From IMG/VR virus record IMGVR_UViG_3300032117_000012: 31,009 nt of DNA. One strand, written 5' to 3'. The notes beneath the pieces were generated by a model. That model had not been told where the DNA came from and did no database searches. It was given only the letters and a program-made list of their open reading frames with translations. The DNA comes from a virus (taxonomy: Duplodnaviria > Heunggongvirae > Uroviricota > Caudoviricetes). Position numbers and translations under genes: made by a program. Below, one piece after another: positions 15,307 to 25,130 of the stretch (positions are counted from its first letter, which is position 1; each line of letters begins with the position of its first letter).

Positions 15307-15888
15307 TTAAGGAGTGGTAGAACCACCACCGGATACAGAGTTGTTAGCCATGCCTTTAACTACAGCAAGAATTTCACGATTAATTCTTCCTGCACGTCCA
15401 CCAGCGGTTGCAACAAATCCAGTTGCAGTGGCATTGCCAGTTGCAGTACCACCAGTTGCATTGGTCACAGTTATGGTATTATTGACTGTTAAGAATCCAG
15501 ATCCGGGAGTAGTGATGGTTGTGGTTAAAATTCCGCCAGTTGCATTGGTGCTGAAATTGACGACAGCGTTACCGCCAGCTTGCGTAGAAGTGACTCTGAT
15601 TACATCTGTGTTGTTGTATGAAAGAGTTTCAGCCGGTACTGTTACGCCAACTATAGAACCTGTTCCTTGTTTGGTTAGAACCCACCCCGGCCCAATACTT
15701 TTAGGGCTTAAGGTATGTGCTTCTGCAACGTCAACCCCAAATACACCTTCGGCTACATTAGGCTGAAATGCACCAACTGTTGTATTAGCATATACGACAT
15801 TACCAGTGGTATGTGTAGACGATCCAACTGTGATATTTTTCCATTTAGGCGCATTATTTGCAGCGTCTATATTTCCCCATAATGGCAT
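15307..15888 (-). CDS. probable virion structural protein (MPLWG.. type)
   Basis: Thr/Gly/Ala-rich; MPLWG..PK start and GRAGR..EILA end recalled from T4-like virion proteins. Confidence 0.65.
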   Translation of the reverse strand: MPLWGNIDAANNAPKWKNITVGSSTHTTGNVVYANTTVGAFQPNVAEGVFGVDVAEAHTLSPKSIGPGWVLTKQGTGSIVGVTVPAETLSYNNTDVIRVTSTQAGGNAVVNFSTNATGGILTTTITTPGSGFLTVNNTITVTNATGGTATGNATATGFVATAGGRAGRINREILAVVKGMANNSVSGGGSTTP

Positions 15889-15902
15889 TGATTATCTCCT
15901 TA

Positions 15903-16913
15903 TTAATTCTTATATTTAGTAACATAATCCATGAATGGCATTTTACCCTGTTCAACTTGGATCCAATCATTTCTTTGCACATCGGAAACATTCCCACTAA
16001 GAACATCTTCCATAGATTCTGCATACATTTTACGAATATCTCTTGTCCCGGTTGATATTTTCGAAATAACATCCTCTAATCCCATATTACGCTTGGTAAC
16101 AACGAAATCAGTCATAACAGACTCTTGAATATTTTTCTTATTCACTGATGCTGCTGTGTTATATGAATCTCCATCTTTTCCGGCAACAATATGAGTAGAA
16201 GTTCCGGTAGGAATTCCACTTACAACTGGTTGTTTTTTATTTTTATTATATATTTCGCCAGTTTGCCCAGATGCAATATTAGATAAAGTTGTATCAATTT
16301 GTTTTGCCAATGTTCCGGCTTCTTCTTTAACGCCAAGAATATCCTGTACAGCTTTCACATGAGGACGGCTATTACCACCGTGTAGAACACAATCACATAT
16401 TTTAGAATTTAATTCTCTTAATTCAGCAGATCTTGGATGATTATTTTTTATAGCCGATTTAGCCATATCTGATGCCTTAGTTTCTGGCCATTGTGAATCA
16501 GCTGATACACCTTCTTTTAATGGTGATTCTTCTGGAAAAATAGCTTTATAACCAGAAGTAGGTTTTAGCTTTTTATATAAGCTAGTACGTCTATCACTAA
16601 GAGGACCAGATAGATATCCCAATTTTTTATGTTGGGCTAATATATCTTTGGCTTCCTTATGGTCTTCTTCTGACCCACAATGTTTAGCAATCAATACTGC
16701 ATTCTCCGAATGAGCATTACGATCTTCGTTACGGTCGAATTGCTTTCTAATTTTCTTAAAATCAGTAGCTGTGCCCACATCTTCTTGTAATCCAAGTTTA
16801 TGGCGAACACTGGACAGTACATCACTAGAAATATGTTTATCTGGCTGATTACCTAATCTAGGTTCAATTTGCTCATTTAAAGATGAAATATTATATTTGT
16901 TGACGATAGCCAT
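15903..16913 (-). CDS. probable prohead-core/internal head protein
   Basis: Own CATAAATA promoter; several (L/I/V)xE sites (LNE, LQE, LKE, VKE, IQE). Confidence 0.6.
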   Translation of the reverse strand: MAIVNKYNISSLNEQIEPRLGNQPDKHISSDVLSSVRHKLGLQEDVGTATDFKKIRKQFDRNEDRNAHSENAVLIAKHCGSEEDHKEAKDILAQHKKLGYLSGPLSDRRTSLYKKLKPTSGYKAIFPEESPLKEGVSADSQWPETKASDMAKSAIKNNHPRSAELRELNSKICDCVLHGGNSRPHVKAVQDILGVKEEAGTLAKQIDTTLSNIASGQTGEIYNKNKKQPVVSGIPTGTSTHIVAGKDGDSYNTAASVNKKNIQESVMTDFVVTKRNMGLEDVISKISTGTRDIRKMYAESMEDVLSGNVSDVQRNDWIQVEQGKMPFMDYVTKYKN

Positions 16914-16938
16914 TATTATCTCCTAAAATCTGTTATTA

Positions 16939-16946
16939 TATTTATG
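16939..16946 (-). promoter_or_regulatory. T4-type late promoter (CATAAATA)
   Basis: 25 nt upstream of the 16913 start. Confidence 0.65.
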
Positions 16947-16950
16947 ATTT

Positions 16951-17298
16951 TCATGATTCTAGTTTTTTCATACAATTTTTTAAAATTATATTTTCTGTAG
17001 ATTCGCCCATGTTCGTAATGGTTTCGATATGCTTACCCTTATGCTCTGGATATGCTGCCAAAAATTTTTTTCTAGCCTCTTTTTTAGATTTAGCATGAAT
17101 TGAAACCATCAAATGGCCGTCTACATAAACATCTCGTTTAGATTCATGATCATCTTCGCTTAACTTTTTAGGATTATTTGCTCTCCACCCCTTAAGAAGG
17201 CTATGGATCATTTTAGATTCTTTTCCAGTAATTTTATTTCCAGATCTATTTGAAGCCGAGATAGATTTATCTACCGCATCTTTATTATAGTCAACCAT
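16951..17298 (-). CDS. hypothetical late protein
   Basis: 115 aa, Lys-rich, coupled to upstream ORF. Confidence 0.65.
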   Translation of the reverse strand: MVDYNKDAVDKSISASNRSGNKITGKESKMIHSLLKGWRANNPKKLSEDDHESKRDVYVDGHLMVSIHAKSKKEARKKFLAAYPEHKGKHIETITNMGESTENIILKNCMKKLES

Positions 17299-17881
17299 TT
17301 TTCTTGCCCTTTATTGGTTCAATCTCTGTAGCATTGAGATTGATATTATGGCCGCCATCAGCAGAAACAACGTACATGCCGGAACTTTTGTCGAAGAAAT
17401 CAATATTTCCTGTTCCCTCGTATCCAACTTTGTTAATTTTAACTTTGGTCCCTCTAGTGAATCCGCCATCATTAGGAAGCTCTGTCGTACCAGTTTTCTC
17501 AGTAGTAGGGATAGAATTAAGCGTACCTGAAAGGTTTTGTTTAATTGCATCGGTTGTGCCTCCACTTTCTAAATCTGGCCATTCACTTATAACGTCATCT
17601 ATGAAATTATCTCTTTTGTTTTCTCTACGTCTCCAAGACTGAAAATTCACAGGTAAATTACTATCTAATCCAATATTTCCAGCTTTTTTTGGACGAGATA
17701 ATTTATTTAATGAAGATTTTTTACCATTATTATCTCTAGCCGCAAATGTAGGATCTGGACCTTCACTGATTGATCTGTTTATGATAACTTCATTTGGTAT
17801 TTTACCAGTTAAAGTTACTTCACGCTTAGGCTCTAGTCCTAATCGCCCTCGTATAAAATTGACAAACTCGCCCATATACAC
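17291..17881 (-). CDS. hypothetical late protein (probable internal head protein)
   Basis: First gene after the late promoter at 17902. Confidence 0.65.
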   Translation of the reverse strand: MYMGEFVNFIRGRLGLEPKREVTLTGKIPNEVIINRSISEGPDPTFAARDNNGKKSSLNKLSRPKKAGNIGLDSNLPVNFQSWRRRENKRDNFIDDVISEWPDLESGGTTDAIKQNLSGTLNSIPTTEKTGTTELPNDGGFTRGTKVKINKVGYEGTGNIDFFDKSSGMYVVSADGGHNINLNATEIEPIKGKKNG

Positions 17882-17901
17882 CTCTAAAATATAGTTCTTT
17901 A

Positions 17902-17909
17902 TATTTATG
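17902..17909 (-). promoter_or_regulatory. T4-type late promoter (CATAAATA)
   Basis: Immediately after a terminator and 20 nt upstream of the 17881 start. Confidence 0.7.
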
Positions 17910-17914
17910 TAAAT

Positions 17915-17948
17915 AAAAAAGCCGACAGAGTTTTATACTGTCGGCTTT
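17915..17948 (-). terminator. Rho-independent terminator
   Basis: Stem AAAGCCGACAG/CTGTCGGCTTT with 9-nt loop, followed by T6 on the minus strand. Confidence 0.85.
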
Positions 17949-17952
17949 AAAG

Positions 17953-19458
17953 TTAAGAAGATTTTCTCCATCTTCCTTTAATTACATTAATTAATTGTCG
18001 TTTTCCATTAGGATAAATTATACAATGGGTATTCATCCAACTAGACGGTCCATTTGTATATTCTAACGTTTTAGGAGTGCTACACCCAACTGAGTATGCC
18101 CCTTTATTTATTCCCGGTGTGTGAGAATGTCCTATGACAACCTTATCTGAGAACCTAGCATATTGGTTAAGAGATCCTCTAGATCCGTTGGCCCCTATAT
18201 CACCATGATTGGATAACTCAATACCTTTAATTTTGTAATTATCATTTCGACCTACAAATTTAATTTTATTGCCATTTTGCATTTCTACATACAACCTAAA
18301 AGGATCTGGACTCGAAATTGTAGAATATGAATCCACATAATCTAACATTGCCCATGATATAAGATGATAAATTTTCGCATTCCAAGGTTGTCTATCTGGA
18401 TCGCATTCATTCAACCAACGTTTTAGATGGTCATGATGATTAGACGAAATGATAATGGAGTATGAATCTTTAGGTGTAGTGGTGTTGACAAAATCTACGG
18501 TTTGGTTTAACTCATCTTCTATTTTATTTTTACCTGTGATAAATTTCGAATACTCTAAAAATTTATCTTTCCTGTGATGATGTGAAATTGTAAAACAATC
18601 CAAAACATCGTGTCTGACAATAACCTTTGGTTTAAGTACAGACACCATAGAATTTTTATTATAATACGTGGCGTTCGCTACATCTGGACATTTAACAAAT
18701 ACATGCTCATCTCCTGTGACTATAGCTTCGGCTCTATCTAGATTAGAAACACTATTTTTGGTGTAATACTTATCTATATCATAAAAACCATTATTATCGT
18801 CGGCATTTAATACTCTGATATGGTAAATTTCTTCATCAATTTCTACAACTACAGCCGAATATGAATGATTAAATTCGGCTTTTTCTCCAGCTTTAGATTT
18901 GGTGTAAGATGGCTCAGATATAGTCCCGGTTGTATGCATAATCAACGGATGGTCATTTCTTTGTACAGGCAAAGAACGCATCTGAAGCTGATTATGCGGA
19001 ACGATTAAGGATTTACCTTTAGATAAAACATCTAATCCAGCTAACGGGTTTTCTGTTGTGGGAGATATATTGGTATTGGGAGAAAGAATGTCAACCATTC
19101 CTCTAATACTAGCCTTACTGGTGAACAGTTTAGATTCGTCTATCGCCCATTCAAGTTCATCATATAAATTTTTCTGATAAATCGTTGGAATAATGATTAA
19201 TCCAGCATTATTGACTTGACAATATGTTAGTAACGCTGCATAAAATTCTTCATTTATATTAACATTATTTTGAATTGTGGTGATTACATATTTATCACCA
19301 TAAAGTATCGTAGATGGTCCAAATTTATGCTTAAAGCTAGTATCAACAAATCGTCTACCGCAGCTATTGCATAAGTAGGATTGTCTACGCTCTCCATTTC
19401 TATTTGAAACGCATCCTCTCTTTTGCAGCTTTAAGCTGCCACAAGAAGGACAAATCAT
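17953..19458 (-). CDS. calcineurin-like metallophosphoesterase/nuclease (T5 A1-like) with N-terminal zinc ribbon
   Basis: GDEH, HDVLD, SNHHDH, HGDIGANGSRG, GHSHTP metal motifs; N-terminal CPSC..CNSC. Confidence 0.65.
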   Translation of the reverse strand: MICPSCGSLKLQKRGCVSNRNGERRQSYLCNSCGRRFVDTSFKHKFGPSTILYGDKYVITTIQNNVNINEEFYAALLTYCQVNNAGLIIIPTIYQKNLYDELEWAIDESKLFTSKASIRGMVDILSPNTNISPTTENPLAGLDVLSKGKSLIVPHNQLQMRSLPVQRNDHPLIMHTTGTISEPSYTKSKAGEKAEFNHSYSAVVVEIDEEIYHIRVLNADDNNGFYDIDKYYTKNSVSNLDRAEAIVTGDEHVFVKCPDVANATYYNKNSMVSVLKPKVIVRHDVLDCFTISHHHRKDKFLEYSKFITGKNKIEDELNQTVDFVNTTTPKDSYSIIISSNHHDHLKRWLNECDPDRQPWNAKIYHLISWAMLDYVDSYSTISSPDPFRLYVEMQNGNKIKFVGRNDNYKIKGIELSNHGDIGANGSRGSLNQYARFSDKVVIGHSHTPGINKGAYSVGCSTPKTLEYTNGPSSWMNTHCIIYPNGKRQLINVIKGRWRKSS

Positions 19459-19472
19459 ATTAATTCCTTATA

Positions 19473-19685
19473 TTATTGATTCGCTTTTCTATCAGCTAAT
19501 ACTTGTTCTAAAGCTTCTTCACCATAATCTTTCGCATATGAAGTGAATATTCTTTTAGCAGATTCCCATAAAATAGAAGCCAAAACTATCAAATCATTGT
19601 AGCTATCACACATACCGATTTCACGTTCTATAGACTTCGTGATTCTTTCTCTCATTTCTTTCTGAGAAGAACTTAATGGCATCAT
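19473..19685 (-). CDS. hypothetical protein
   Basis: 70-aa helical ORF with AGGAG SD. Confidence 0.7.
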   Translation of the reverse strand: MMPLSSSQKEMRERITKSIEREIGMCDSYNDLIVLASILWESAKRIFTSYAKDYGEEALEQVLADRKANQ

Positions 19686-19710
19686 GGGGGTTTCTCCTAA
19701 CCTGTTACAG

Positions 19711-19869
19711 TTATTTAGGAGAAGCCGCCTCTTTCCTGATATATCTATTTGGATTAATTACCCATCCTTTAGTAGGATCGAAATATGATACATTCCTTTT
19801 AAATCGAGGCTCATTCGAAATTGTTTCGAATTCCGAATATTCAAGAAAGCTCATTAAGTTCTTCTTCAT
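19711..19869 (-). CDS. 52-aa hypothetical protein (not in ORF track)
   Basis: MKKNLMSFLEYSEF..YFDPTKGW..; AAGGA SD. Confidence 0.55.
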   Translation of the reverse strand: MKKNLMSFLEYSEFETISNEPRFKRNVSYFDPTKGWVINPNRYIRKEAASPK

Positions 19870-19878
19870 AAATTTTCC

Positions 19879-20121
19879 TTAAACGTCCATCCCAATAGCT
19901 GCCTTATAGGTTTCTAGGATTGTTTCGTCTTGAAGTCTCTCGTCTCGTGTCTTCTTACGAAGTTTTACAATTTCTTTCAAAATCTTAACTTCAAATCCGT
20001 TTGACTTGGCTTCAATGTAAATATCCTTTCTGTCATCTTGTGATCCCTTGATTTCTTCATTGATATTCTCAATTCTTTCAATATAACGCTTAAGTTGTTC
20101 TTCTGTGGATGTAATGCTCAT
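19879..20121 (-). CDS. GapR/UPF0335 (DUF2312)-like DNA-binding protein
   Basis: EQLKRYIERIE..EEIK..DDRKDIYIEAKSNGFEVKILKEIVKLRKK..ERL..ETILETYKAAIGM. Confidence 0.85.
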   Translation of the reverse strand: MSITSTEEQLKRYIERIENINEEIKGSQDDRKDIYIEAKSNGFEVKILKEIVKLRKKTRDERLQDETILETYKAAIGMDV

Positions 20122-20133
20122 AATATATTCTCC

Positions 20134-21492
20134 TTAAAATCTAATTCCTTGACCATTAAATTTTGATTTTTGGTCATCTTCTATTAACGGTTTAGTTTGG
20201 GTAACATTATTATCATCTATGTCATATAATTTCATCCTTGATCTATCAATTCCAACAACAAATCTTGTATAATAATCTAAAGGGCCGTATCTATTTTTTA
20301 ATTGTTTCATCATTAGTTGATGAGCAGCTTCTAACTCTTCAGTTGATATGAGAGCTAAAACCAGATCAGCTGTATGAACAATACCCATAGATTCAGATGT
20401 GGCGGTTAAATCTACATCTGAAACATTGTAGCCATCTCTATTAAATTGAGTGGCAGTGACAATTGGAACATCAAATTCGACTGCTAATGCTCTCACCTCT
20501 TCTGCTACAGATTTTACATAACCATAGCTACCGCCGGGACCACCCATTTTAACTCTGGATGAGATACAAATATTTAAGTAATCGATGTAAATAATATCTG
20601 GAATAAAATTCTTCTTGACCTTCAACTCATTAAGAAGATGTCTAAAATGTGAAGCCCCGGCAGAAGAGGTTGGATATTCTTTAACTATCAATTTACCAGT
20701 AGTTTTATCTTGAATTGATTTTATCTTCTTTAAAAAGGTTTCCTTGGGAAGCAATTCAATATCATCCATCGGCATATTCATAAGATTAGCATCGATACGC
20801 TGAGAAATTGCTTCTTCTGACATCTCTAGAGTAATATAGAGAACATTTTTTCCTTGCTTAAGGTTATTGGCCGCAAAATGGCACATCAGAGCAGTTTTAC
20901 CAACACCTGATGCTGCTATTAGAAAATTAAGCGTCTTGCGTTTTAGACCACCTTTGGTAATTTTATTTAAAAGATCTATATCAAATGGAATTTTATACTC
21001 AGATTGATGATAAAATTCATATCTGGATTCTGCATCCTCTGTATAATCGTGCCCAATATTATTGTCAAATGACACACTGAGAGCTTTAGTGAGTAGATCT
21101 GGAATTAATCCTCTACTAGTTTCGGCATTCTTTTCTCCAAGAATTTCAATAGAGCCTTGAATCGCATTACAAAGCGCCCTATATTGACAATATTTTTCAG
21201 TCTCATCAATAAGCCATTCAGTGTCATCCATTGTAAGATTCTGAAGGCCATCTATTCTGGCCTTCAGATCGTTATATTGTACTTCGGTTAAGCCAGTTAT
21301 TTTCTCGTAAGAAATTTCTAGCACTTCTTTTGTAGGAATTTTATTGTAACGTTGAACAAATACATTTATCAATTTAAATAATATTTGTTCGGTTGTAGAA
21401 GTAAAATATTCTTTGTCTAGATAAGGAATAGCTCGTCTAGAAAAATCTTCATTACAAATAAGATTATTAATAATCGTTTCTTCAAGTTTCAT
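20134..21492 (-). CDS. gp41: T4 gp41-like replicative helicase
   Basis: Walker A ASGVGKT, YITLEMSE, IYIDYL, TATQFNR, ATSESMG, KQLKNRY. Confidence 0.95.
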   Translation of the reverse strand: MKLEETIINNLICNEDFSRRAIPYLDKEYFTSTTEQILFKLINVFVQRYNKIPTKEVLEISYEKITGLTEVQYNDLKARIDGLQNLTMDDTEWLIDETEKYCQYRALCNAIQGSIEILGEKNAETSRGLIPDLLTKALSVSFDNNIGHDYTEDAESRYEFYHQSEYKIPFDIDLLNKITKGGLKRKTLNFLIAASGVGKTALMCHFAANNLKQGKNVLYITLEMSEEAISQRIDANLMNMPMDDIELLPKETFLKKIKSIQDKTTGKLIVKEYPTSSAGASHFRHLLNELKVKKNFIPDIIYIDYLNICISSRVKMGGPGGSYGYVKSVAEEVRALAVEFDVPIVTATQFNRDGYNVSDVDLTATSESMGIVHTADLVLALISTEELEAAHQLMMKQLKNRYGPLDYYTRFVVGIDRSRMKLYDIDDNNVTQTKPLIEDDQKSKFNGQGIRF

Positions 21493-21503
21493 TTAAAGTC
21501 CTA

Positions 21504-22595
21504 TTATTCCGAGTCGTCTATATCATCCAACTCTTCATCTAATTCTATACCAATATCGTCTACAATTATAGATCCGTTGGCAACTCTATAATTATCCTCC
21601 ACCCATTTAGCAAACGAAGGTGAATTTAAAATAGGATCCCAGAACTCTTTATTATTGGTTCCAGCTTCTCTATAATTCTTATCTTCAATTTCACCAGTTT
21701 CCATATTGACACGTTGATACCACCCTTGCTTTGGTTTGATAACATGCCCAGAAATAAGTGCCATATCTAGCAATCCCGACCAGCGCATAATACCGCCATC
21801 GTATCTAACTGAAATTGCGATTTTAGATTTCTCTCTCACATATCTTGATTTTTCAACATTGACGATAAAATCGTAACCTAAAATTTCACCAGTTTTAATT
21901 GATTTTTCTTGTTGACGACCAATAATAAAAATATTATCGGCAGAATAATATGAGCCTGTTCCTCCACCAACTTTTTTAATCTTACCACCACTTGCTATGT
22001 CATCATATGTGTGATTGACTGTTATAAGCGGAATATCCTTGATTGTCAAGTGCGGAGTTATCATTCGAAATAACCCTTTGAGCTGTTTAGCTCTAGTCAT
22101 ATCTTCAGCGCCATTTTCCTTCAGGGCATTATCTACCTCTCTCTTAGAGGCAGAGTTTCCGATGGAATCGACTAAAATAATGACATGTTCGCCACGCTTG
22201 ATGTCATCTAACTGGTGCATAATATCGAATTTAAGTTCTTCAATGTTCATAATCGGAACATGCCAAACTTTTGATGTATCAATACCAAAAGCCTCGAAAT
22301 ATCCTTGAGGGCTACCAAATTCGGTATCATAGAATATCATGACGGCATCAGGATACTTATCCATGTAGGATTTGGCCAGTAGTAAGCTGAAAGCAGTTTT
22401 AAAATGTTTAGATGGACCAGCCCACATAGTGTGGCCGGGAGTCAAACCTCCTGCCAAAACCCCAGATAATGCAATATTTATTGCAGGAACTGGGGTTTGA
22501 ATTACATCTTTTTCGTTGAAGAATTTTGATTTTTCTAAAATAGATGCATCTGCAATAGTAGAATTTTTCTTAAATCGTTTTAAAAGTTCAGACAT
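21504..22595 (-). CDS. uvsX: UvsX RecA-like recombinase
   Basis: GPSKHFKT, YDTEFG, DSIGN, DMTRAK, GGTGSYYSAD, EKSRYV. Confidence 0.95.
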   Translation of the reverse strand: MSELLKRFKKNSTIADASILEKSKFFNEKDVIQTPVPAINIALSGVLAGGLTPGHTMWAGPSKHFKTAFSLLLAKSYMDKYPDAVMIFYDTEFGSPQGYFEAFGIDTSKVWHVPIMNIEELKFDIMHQLDDIKRGEHVIILVDSIGNSASKREVDNALKENGAEDMTRAKQLKGLFRMITPHLTIKDIPLITVNHTYDDIASGGKIKKVGGGTGSYYSADNIFIIGRQQEKSIKTGEILGYDFIVNVEKSRYVREKSKIAISVRYDGGIMRWSGLLDMALISGHVIKPKQGWYQRVNMETGEIEDKNYREAGTNNKEFWDPILNSPSFAKWVEDNYRVANGSIIVDDIGIELDEELDDIDDSE

Positions 22596-22604
22596 TTAAA
22601 TTCC

Positions 22605-25115
22605 TTAAAATAAACTAGCACTGTCTTCGGACTTCCATCCTATGACATCACATATAGTTTTAATTGGGCTATGGAAAGTTGCGTTAAATTGTTTGTCATA
22701 ATCAACAAACTGATCTAATCCTAATTGTTTAGGTAACACATCGACAATGGATATCACATTTTCATGTGCTGGGTTTGGCATCTTCATATAACAGTATTTT
22801 ATCTTGGACCCATCCGATATCCTTTCATACTTCATTTCTAGGCCATTGTCAAGCAATAATTTATTATAGACAAGCGCACCTCTTGAATGAATAGGAGTCC
22901 CCCCCGAATAAAGGTGGACCTCATCATAGTATTTATCCACGTTTGAACATGTTTTGGCAGAGGAAATGTCTTCTATAGGATAAGTTTTAAACTCATCTCT
23001 AAAAGATTCCACTAGATCAACTAATTGATCTTCCGTGCCAGACAAAAATATTTTTAAGGCTTCTTTCATCCTAGTGCGACATATTTCTGGGGTAGAAGAT
23101 TTCACAACTTCCAATCCAACTGCCTTTATATAAGGTTCGCTTAATCGGTTACCTTCATTATCCCAGACAAGTAACGCATAATTCTTTTTCTTTCTCCAAA
23201 TTCCACGTTCAGCAATAACTTCTCGTTTCATTTTCAAAAATTGTTTATACGCATTCGATGAATCAGCTATTTCTTGAAAATTATTATTAATAACAACTTC
23301 AAGACGTTGCTTACATACTTTATCAATAAATGTAATGATTTCATCTTTAGATTTATCATTACAATATTTTTTTATCATTGGAGTTAATTGGAGATAAACA
23401 GAGTCGGTATCTGTTGCAATCCAATATTTACCCGGCCCAACCATTTTAATCATGTAATCTTCTAACGATTGTCCGACATATTGAATATAGTATTGGCCGC
23501 TGATTGTGATAGCCTCGGCAAAATCAACTTGATACCACCTAAAACTACTGTTGCCGATAGCCCCGTATAAGGAGTTTAGGATGACTTTAAATGCCAACTG
23601 CATAATGTTGGCTCTATTTGCCTCTGCCGCCTGTATGGCTTGTTCTGACGAATCTCCGGCTATCTTAGCAGCTTCTACCTTTCTTTCGGCACTCTGCATT
23701 ATTTTTTTCCAGTAATCTCTCTTTTCTGTAATAAGTAAGATCAATTCTGGAAAAATTCCAATCTTATCACGACGCCAGCAGGTTCCATTCATGGCCACCG
23801 CATAATCCCCTACTTCACTGATATCTGGTAATCCACTATCTAATAAATTTAAAACATATGGATAGTTAGATAACTTTTTCACAAAAGTATCAGGACTCAT
23901 ATTGTATTGGACCATTAAGCTTGGATACAAACTTTTAACGTCGAAAGATGTTACCCAACCATGGGCACCAATTACAGGATCCTTAACGAATGCCCCTTTA
24001 TATTTTGCATCTTTTCTTCCACTAGCATACTTATTCACAATCATACCATTATCCATCATATGATTGTGAATGATTATATCCCATAGAAGAACCGAAGTAA
24101 AACAATCTTCAATATTAATTTTAGCAGTATATGCAATGGCCAATGCCAAGTCTATAAGAGTTAATTTTTCTTCTAGTCTAGTAACTAGCTCAACGTCTTG
24201 AATATTATATTCTATGAATAGTTGTGGATTTTTAGAATACAAATCATCCAAAGACTCATAATCAGAGTAATCTAATTTCTTTTCTTTTAATTCAACGTAT
24301 GAAATATGATTTAACTTATAGCTTTCTTGGGTTTTACCAGAAAATTCTATGTAAAGCCGACGATAATCTAAAATGGCAACTCCATATAATCGATAAACTG
24401 TTTTAAATTTATCTTTATATACCTCTACCTCTCGTTCGCCTATAATCCCAAATGGTGAAAGTCTTTTAGCAATTTCCTCGCCTAACAGGTGTTTGATCCT
24501 ATTATAGATGTACGGAATATCGAACAATTCAATATACCAACCAGTTACGATATCAAATGCCATATTTTTCCAAAATCTTAAAAATTTTGAAATCAAATCT
24601 ATTTCATCTGAACATTTTATCTGAATAATATCATCTCTATGCTTCTTATAATCGCAGAAATGAAATACATAAAATGTGCGGCGGAATTCAACTGTTATGG
24701 CAGTTATCTCGAATTCAGCTTTATATGGATCTGGTACGACAGATTTACTACCAGACTTGGTTTCAATATCGATATTAGCAATACGTAGCTGGTTTCTATC
24801 GAATTTCACCTCATTTGGAAAGGTTTCATTTAAGAAATTATATACCCACTTTTCACTTCCCCAATATTCACGATCTTTTAAATTATCAATATTGTCATTA
24901 GCCTTTATCCAATCCCGAGCCTCACTCATAGAATTAAAAGTGATATCTTTAAGATTAATATTATCAATCGAATTGAATGGTGACTCAACATCTCCATCAT
25001 TTCTGACATATAAAGTAGGCTCATACTTAACTTTATGGTGGAGTTTCTTACCGTCCTCATACATGGAATAATAAATTAAGTTGCCACGTCTAAAACATTC
25101 TGTATAAAATTTCAT
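22605..25115 (-). CDS. gp43: family B DNA polymerase (gp43), uninterrupted
   Basis: Exo DIET, YNIQD; pol SFDVKSLYPS, KVILNSLYG, TDTDS, KKNY. Confidence 0.97.
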   Translation of the reverse strand: MKFYTECFRRGNLIYYSMYEDGKKLHHKVKYEPTLYVRNDGDVESPFNSIDNINLKDITFNSMSEARDWIKANDNIDNLKDREYWGSEKWVYNFLNETFPNEVKFDRNQLRIANIDIETKSGSKSVVPDPYKAEFEITAITVEFRRTFYVFHFCDYKKHRDDIIQIKCSDEIDLISKFLRFWKNMAFDIVTGWYIELFDIPYIYNRIKHLLGEEIAKRLSPFGIIGEREVEVYKDKFKTVYRLYGVAILDYRRLYIEFSGKTQESYKLNHISYVELKEKKLDYSDYESLDDLYSKNPQLFIEYNIQDVELVTRLEEKLTLIDLALAIAYTAKINIEDCFTSVLLWDIIIHNHMMDNGMIVNKYASGRKDAKYKGAFVKDPVIGAHGWVTSFDVKSLYPSLMVQYNMSPDTFVKKLSNYPYVLNLLDSGLPDISEVGDYAVAMNGTCWRRDKIGIFPELILLITEKRDYWKKIMQSAERKVEAAKIAGDSSEQAIQAAEANRANIMQLAFKVILNSLYGAIGNSSFRWYQVDFAEAITISGQYYIQYVGQSLEDYMIKMVGPGKYWIATDTDSVYLQLTPMIKKYCNDKSKDEIITFIDKVCKQRLEVVINNNFQEIADSSNAYKQFLKMKREVIAERGIWRKKKNYALLVWDNEGNRLSEPYIKAVGLEVVKSSTPEICRTRMKEALKIFLSGTEDQLVDLVESFRDEFKTYPIEDISSAKTCSNVDKYYDEVHLYSGGTPIHSRGALVYNKLLLDNGLEMKYERISDGSKIKYCYMKMPNPAHENVISIVDVLPKQLGLDQFVDYDKQFNATFHSPIKTICDVIGWKSEDSASLF

Positions 25116-25130
25116 TTTAACTCCAAATCA

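Noticed and set aside
19340-19458. IS1/IS1595-like zinc ribbon suggesting an insertion sequence
   Set aside because: No DDE domain, terminal inverted repeats or target duplication; it is fused in frame to a phosphoesterase
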